64,000 nucleotides of DNA from Longimicrobiales bacterium (GTDB lineage Bacteria; Gemmatimonadota; Gemmatimonadetes; Longimicrobiales; Gaopeijiaceae). The position numbers and the translations under genes are program-made. The notes below the pieces were generated by a model. The model made no database searches. It had not been told where the DNA came from and was given only the letters and a program-made list of their open reading frames with translations. Where the stretch lies: positions 4,096,001-4,160,000 of the forward strand of contig OZ220732.1 of the NCBI GenBank assembly GCA_965116905.1, read 5' to 3'. Below, one piece after another: positions 58,970-64,000 of this stretch. Numbering within the stretch: position 1 is the first letter of the stretch; each line of letters opens with the position of its first letter.

Positions 58970-60826
58970 CTAGTCCTCTACCATGTAGGCAATGCCCCAC
59001 GCCCCCGGTCCCAGGTGGGTCGAGATCGTGGGCGTGATCGGCGAAACCAGCGTCTCGGCGTCGCCATAGCGCTGCCGCAATTCCTCGCACACCTGGCTCG
59101 CGATCTCGGGCGCCGCAACATGCACAACCCCGAAGCGGACCTTCCGGACGCCGGGCGGGATCTCGGCCGCGACCTTCTCCATCATCAACCTGCGGGCGCG
59201 CGTGGGGCCCCGGGCCTTGCCGTAGGCCTTGATCCTGCCGTCCGGGCCCACCCCCAACACCGGCTTCAGGTCCAGAATGCCTCCGAACCAGCCGGCGAAC
59301 TGGCTCACCCGCCCGGACGCGATCAGCCGGTCCAGGTTTCGTACCGTGAACAGAATACCCGACTGGCGCCGGACCCGCCGCACCTCCGCAACGATGTCGT
59401 CCGCGGACCAGCCCGCCTCGGCCAGCTCCGCGGCTTTCAGGGCCAGCAGTCCGACCAGCAGAGAGGCCGCCTCCGAGTCGACAAGCCGGATATCCAGCTG
59501 CGGAACCATGCGCGTCGCATTCTCGGCAGACCGGTAGATGCCACTCAGCGCCGCGGCCACCAGCACCCCGATCACCACCTCCGATTCGCTCGAAGCGCGT
59601 TCGAACGCGGCCATGAAGTCGCCGGGAGGGGGTTGCGACGTCGAGGGCAGCGTCCGACCGCTCTCCAGCCGCGCGTGAAACTCCTCGGCGGTCACGTCGA
59701 TGCCGTCCCTCAGGGTCTTGCCGTCCTCGATGAGAAGCAGCGGGACCACATGGATCCCGTGCGCCCGAACCACCGTCTCGGGAAGATCCGAGCCCGAATC
59801 GACCAGGATCCCGACGGGGCGCCGCACGGCGTCCTCCCCCGCGCGCCGCGCCGCTTCGAACTGGGCCAGCATGTCTTCGGCCTTGTGGGCGGTCACGGTC
59901 CCCACGGTCGCGCAGTAGTCGATCGCCGCCTGCGGTTCGTCCGTGTGCAGGTGGACCTTCAGGATTTCCTCGCTCCGTATGACCAGGAGCTCCTCCGTGC
60001 CCTCGGACAGCGCCGCGCGCACCGTCTTCCCGGAGGGGAGGTTCGGCCCCTCGACCAGGATCTCGGTGCAGTAGCGCCTGCTGCCGTGCGCGAAAGGATG
60101 CGAGACGCCTCCGATCGGGGACCAGTCGGCGCGCGACAGGTCGGCGACGAGATCCTCGGCGACCTGCTCCTGGACAGCGGCCTCGTGATCCCCTTTCTCG
60201 ATCAGGCTCACGACGCCTTCCAGCATCTGCACGAACCCCATCGCACCCGCGTCCACGACGCCAGCCTCGGCAAGAACCGGAAGCAGGTCGGGGGTGCGGG
60301 CAAGCGACTCCCGGGCCGTCTCGAGCACGCGAGCCATCGAGTCGGCGAAGTCTCCCGCCCCGTCTTCGCCCCCTTCCTCGACCGCCCTGGTGGCCGAGTC
60401 GCGCACCACGGTGAGGATCGTGCCCTCGACCGGGTCCTCGACCGCGCCGTCGAGCGAACGCGCGCCCGCCATCAGGGCCAGCGAAACGTCGGTGAGGGAC
60501 GCGCGCGCCCGCCCTTCCAGTCCTCCGGAAAAGCCCAGGAGGAACTGCGACAGCATCATCCCGCAATTGCCGCGAGCGCCCAACAGGGCCGAACGGGCAA
60601 CGGCCGCCGCGACCTTGTCCACGCGCCGTTCCAGGGATCCGGCCAGGTCACTGGCGACGGCGTCCAGCGTGAGCGACAGGTTGGTACCGGTGTCGCCGTC
60701 GGCCACGGGAAAGACGTTGATCCGGTTGAGCTCGGCCTTGACCTGCTGTCCATGGTCGCACGCTGCCAACACGGCGCGCCTTAGACGGCGACCATCCACG
60801 TAAGCGATCTTGGACCTGTCGGACAT
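58970..60826 (-). CDS. DAK2 (FakA-like) - DegV (FakB-like) fusion
   Basis: INVFPVADGDTGTN, GARGN, PVEGTILTV, VVDAG, KVHLHT; then VDSGSDLP, STSQP, THLGPG. Confidence 0.9.
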   Translation of the reverse strand: MSDRSKIAYVDGRRLRRAVLAACDHGQQVKAELNRINVFPVADGDTGTNLSLTLDAVASDLAGSLERRVDKVAAAVARSALLGARGNCGMMLSQFLLGFSGGLEGRARASLTDVSLALMAGARSLDGAVEDPVEGTILTVVRDSATRAVEEGGEDGAGDFADSMARVLETARESLARTPDLLPVLAEAGVVDAGAMGFVQMLEGVVSLIEKGDHEAAVQEQVAEDLVADLSRADWSPIGGVSHPFAHGSRRYCTEILVEGPNLPSGKTVRAALSEGTEELLVIRSEEILKVHLHTDEPQAAIDYCATVGTVTAHKAEDMLAQFEAARRAGEDAVRRPVGILVDSGSDLPETVVRAHGIHVVPLLLIEDGKTLRDGIDVTAEEFHARLESGRTLPSTSQPPPGDFMAAFERASSESEVVIGVLVAAALSGIYRSAENATRMVPQLDIRLVDSEAASLLVGLLALKAAELAEAGWSADDIVAEVRRVRRQSGILFTVRNLDRLIASGRVSQFAGWFGGILDLKPVLGVGPDGRIKAYGKARGPTRARRLMMEKVAAEIPPGVRKVRFGVVHVAAPEIASQVCEELRQRYGDAETLVSPITPTISTHLGPGAWGIAYMVED

Positions 60827-60907
60827 GCGGAGTAGACTCCCACAAGGAGCCGCGGCCGGAGGAACACTGCCTGCACAGTACTACCGACCCCGAAAGAGTG
60901 CCAAGGA

Positions 60908-61621
60908 GTGCCGAACTTGAAACCACTGCGCGACGGAATCGCCTGCGTCTGGGAAGGACGGCTCGACGCCGGACCCGCAGTGACGGCGGCGGCCCGGGCG
61001 CTGCTGTCTCCCAGGGAGCTGGCGCGCGCCGACCGGTTCGTCTACGACCACCACCGTCGGCGGTACACGGTCGCGCAGGCCCACCTTCGGCGTGTGCTGG
61101 CGGACCTGACCGGAGACGACCCGGCCGCCATTCGCTTCCGGTACGGAGAGCACGGCAAGCCGTTTCTGGCCGGTGGACCCGTGTTCAACCAGTCCCATTC
61201 ATCGGAGAGGGTCATGATCGCCGTTGCCACCGAAGGCCGCCTGGGGATCGACATCGAGAAGAGGAGGACGGTGCGCCTGATGTCCGAGATCGCCCGCAAG
61301 AACTTTGCATCGGCCGAGGCCGAACTCTTCCGAAGGACTCCCGGCCCCGACCGCCAGCACGTCTTTTTCCGGCTGTGGACGTGCAAGGAGGCCTTCCTCA
61401 AGGCACTCGGGGTCGGGCTCACCGAACCACTTCGTTCCTTCTCGGTCGATCCGTCCCGACATCCGCGGAGCGCCCTCGTCCAAGCAAGCGCCCACGGGGA
61501 ACACCCGGCGGACTGGCACGTCGCCAACATTCCCTGCTCAGGCGGCGCCACGGCGGCGATCGCGATCGACCGCCCGGACATCGCAGTGGAGCCGCTCGGC
61601 TACGATCCCGCCGGTCTCTAG
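60908..61621 (+). CDS. Sfp-type 4'-phosphopantetheinyl transferase
   Basis: GKP, FNQSHS, LGIDIE, WTCKEAFLKALG. Confidence 0.92.
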   Translation: MPNLKPLRDGIACVWEGRLDAGPAVTAAARALLSPRELARADRFVYDHHRRRYTVAQAHLRRVLADLTGDDPAAIRFRYGEHGKPFLAGGPVFNQSHSSERVMIAVATEGRLGIDIEKRRTVRLMSEIARKNFASAEAELFRRTPGPDRQHVFFRLWTCKEAFLKALGVGLTEPLRSFSVDPSRHPRSALVQASAHGEHPADWHVANIPCSGGATAAIAIDRPDIAVEPLGYDPAGL

Positions 61622-61648
61622 GGCGCCCACGGACTCCCGGGCGCGACG

Positions 61649-62620
61649 TCAGCCGCAGGTGTCGACGGTGCCTTCGCCGCAAGCGCCCACCGCCACGGCA
61701 CCCTCATCGCACGGACTCGAGCCGCTCGATTCGCCCGTGCCCGTGGTCGCATTCGAGCAGATCGCGCCGTTCTCGTAGCAGGTGTAGCAGGCCGATTCCG
61801 CCAGCGGCGCGCGCATTCGGACCGCCTCCGCGAGCGTGTCGGCGAGGCGCGCACTCGGATAGTCGAGCAGGATCGGGCAGGCGTAGACCCCGGCCGCCGT
61901 GACAAGCCGCGCACGCGTGCAGAGCAGCTGGTCGAGATCGTAGCCGTGCAGCATCTCGTGGGTGACACGCTCGGACGCGCGGTACGGCCGGTTCCGCTTC
62001 GCCTCCTCGCCGATCAGGAGCGGCGGCAACACCTTCAGCCGCGGCTCATCGTACCCGACGGTGCCGAGCGCGTCCCGAAACGCCTGCAGCATGCAGGGCA
62101 TCTCCTCGCAGGGCCAGCTCTGCATGGTCGTGATGATGGGCCGGAAGCCGGCAGCCACCAGATGCCCCACGCCCTCCATGGCGCGGTCGAAGGTGCCCTC
62201 TCCCCGGATCGGGTCGTTGATCTCGGCCGACGGGCCGTCCACGCTCACGCGCAACTCGAGCGCGTGCGCACTCGCGTCCTGGATCCGGCGAAGCTCCTGC
62301 ACCCGGCGCGGCGGGAAGAGCGTGGCGTTGGTCAGCACCGTGGCCGGCCCATAGGCCAGCGTGTCCTCGAGAATGCCCTCGATCTCGTTGTTCATGAAGG
62401 GCTCGCCGCCCGTGAAGTAGTACTCCTTCACCCCCATGCCGGCGGACTCCTTCAGCGCGACGCGCACCTGTTCCCTGGTCATGAACCAGAAGGAGTGGTT
62501 GTCGGGCGAGCACGAGATGAAGCAGTGACTGCAACGCAGGTTGCAGACCGTACCGCTCACCTGTATCCAGAGCTGGTCCAGCGAAGCGAGCGGGACGGTG
62601 GGGGTCAGGGGCGCAATCAT
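61649..62620 (-). CDS. Radical SAM protein
   Basis: CNLRCSHC, FTGGEP, LTNA; C-terminal cysteines (C..ACP..CYTC..C). Confidence 0.88.
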   Translation of the reverse strand: MIAPLTPTVPLASLDQLWIQVSGTVCNLRCSHCFISCSPDNHSFWFMTREQVRVALKESAGMGVKEYYFTGGEPFMNNEIEGILEDTLAYGPATVLTNATLFPPRRVQELRRIQDASAHALELRVSVDGPSAEINDPIRGEGTFDRAMEGVGHLVAAGFRPIITTMQSWPCEEMPCMLQAFRDALGTVGYDEPRLKVLPPLLIGEEAKRNRPYRASERVTHEMLHGYDLDQLLCTRARLVTAAGVYACPILLDYPSARLADTLAEAVRMRAPLAESACYTCYENGAICSNATTGTGESSGSSPCDEGAVAVGACGEGTVDTCG

Positions 62621-62666
62621 GACCCGAAACTAGCCCTGATCAATCGGAGCGGATAGGGTATTCCCC

Positions 62667-64000
62667 ATGGGATTCACGACGATCAACCCCGCCAGCGGCG
62701 AAATGCTGCGCAGGTACCCCTTCATGTCCGGCGACGCGCTGGACACCGCCCTCACCACCGCGCAAAAAGCCCAGCGGGCCTGGGCCGCGATACCGGTGGA
62801 GGAGCGCGCCCACACCGTAGCCGGTCTCGCGGCACACCTCCGCGCTCACGACAGCAAGCTCGCCCAGATCGTCACCATGGAGATGGGCAAGCCCCTGGGC
62901 GAGGCCGTGATGGAGGTCGACAAGTGCGCCTCCGGGTGCGAGCACTATGGCGAGATGGGTCCCGGCTATCTGCGCGACCAGGCGGTCGAGACCGAATCGC
63001 ACCGGAGCTACGTCACCTTCCAGCCCCTCGGACTCGTTCTGGCGATCATGCCGTGGAACTTCCCCCTCTGGCAGGTGATCCGGGCAGCCGTCCCGGCCCT
63101 GATCGCCGGAAACGGCGTGCTCCTCAAGCACGCGCCCAGCGTCCCCTGTTGCGCGCTGGAGCTCACCGGGCTTTTCCGGGCGGCGGGGCTCCCGGAAGGG
63201 CTGTTCACCAACGTCTTCATCGACCTGCCGGCCACCGCCGACCTGATCCGCGACGCACGCGTCCAGGCGGTCACCCTGACCGGCAGCACCCGCGCCGGCC
63301 GCGAGGTCGCGCGCCTTGCCGGATCGGAGATCAAGACGTGCGTGCTGGAACTCGGCGGCAGCGACCCCTACATCGTGCTCGAGGACGCCGACCTGCCCCG
63401 CACCGTCGAGGCGTGCGTGACCGGCCGCCTCATCAACGCGGGCCAGAGCTGCATCGCGGCCAAGCGCATGATCGTCCACGAGACGGTGGCGGACGAGTTC
63501 ACCGAAATGGTGATCGCGCGAATGGGAGCCACCCGCGTGGGCGACCCCATGGCCGAGATGACCGATGTCGGGCCGCTCGCGCGCGAGGATCTGCGCGACC
63601 ACCTTGCCGGACAGGTCGCCCGCAGCATCGAGGCCGGTGCCGAGTGCCCGCTGGGCGGCAAGGTGCCCGACGTGCCGGGGTGGTACTACCCGGCCACGGT
63701 GCTGGCGGGCGTGAAGCCGGGGATGCCCGCCTACGACGAGGAGATGTTCGGGCCGGTTGCCTGCATCATCCGCGCCGAGTCCGAGGAGGAGGCCATCCGC
63801 ATTGCCAACGACACCGCGTACGGGCTCGGAGCCGCGGTCTTCACGCGGGATCTGGAGCGCGGAGAACGCATCGCGCGAACCGGAATCGAGGCCGGGTCCT
63901 GTTTCGTGAACGACTTCGTGAAGTCCGACCCGCGACTGCCTTTCGGGGGGGTCAAGTCCAGCGGCTTCGGGCGCGAGCTGGCGGATTTCGGGATCCGCGA
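62667..64000 (+). CDS. NAD(P)-dependent succinate-semialdehyde dehydrogenase-like ALDH (runs off the window end)
   Basis: Manual translation MGFTTINPASGE...IMPWNFP...LTGS...LELGGSD...NAGQSC...EEMFGPV...PFGGVKSSGFGREL; absent from the ORF track because no stop lies in the window. Confidence 0.9.
   Translation, partial: MGFTTINPASGEMLRRYPFMSGDALDTALTTAQKAQRAWAAIPVEERAHTVAGLAAHLRAHDSKLAQIVTMEMGKPLGEAVMEVDKCASGCEHYGEMGPGYLRDQAVETESHRSYVTFQPLGLVLAIMPWNFPLWQVIRAAVPALIAGNGVLLKHAPSVPCCALELTGLFRAAGLPEGLFTNVFIDLPATADLIRDARVQAVTLTGSTRAGREVARLAGSEIKTCVLELGGSDPYIVLEDADLPRTVEACVTGRLINAGQSCIAAKRMIVHETVADEFTEMVIARMGATRVGDPMAEMTDVGPLAREDLRDHLAGQVARSIEAGAECPLGGKVPDVPGWYYPATVLAGVKPGMPAYDEEMFGPVACIIRAESEEEAIRIANDTAYGLGAAVFTRDLERGERIARTGIEAGSCFVNDFVKSDPRLPFGGVKSSGFGRELADFGIR

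Overview
High-GC bacterial DNA. The gene inventory (RDSAG-type exported beta-propellers, DUF1592/DUF1552/ankyrin operon, many exported hydrolases, ankyrin/FGE expansions) suggests Gemmatimonadota, possibly a host-associated lineage; this is inference. The window has three zones. (1) 1-4.7 kb: NCS2 permease, Tat-exported class V PLP enzyme and Xaa-Pro dipeptidyl-peptidase. (2) ~4.7-22 kb: a rearranged accessory mosaic containing a segmental duplication of pepX-3'/beta-propeller (second copy pseudogenised), two decaying operons of secreted non-catalytic FGE/SUMF1 (CLec-fold) and ankyrin genes, a PPC-repeat/ankyrin protein with a 693-bp-period internal duplication, a frameshifted Ig-GH113 gene, and several toxin-antitoxin modules whose toxins are truncated or degenerate. 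The FGE/ankyrin operons share an upstream element and a conserved stop/start junction, and orphan FGE C-terminal tails lie on both strands. (3) 22-64 kb: S9 peptidase, vapBC, exported amidase/ureohydrolase/amidohydrolases, PQQ dehydrogenase plus DUF1592-DUF1552-ankyrin/NHL, MacAB-like genes, a solitary tRNA-Ile(GAT), and then core genes (pterin genes, probable 6S RNA, fumC, trxB, mlaDEF, rho, DAK2-DegV fusion, PPTase, radical SAM, partial aldehyde dehydrogenase). No CRISPR array, integrase or reverse transcriptase was seen. The best candidate for an undescribed system is the FGE/ankyrin cassette array at ~9.8-20.2 kb.
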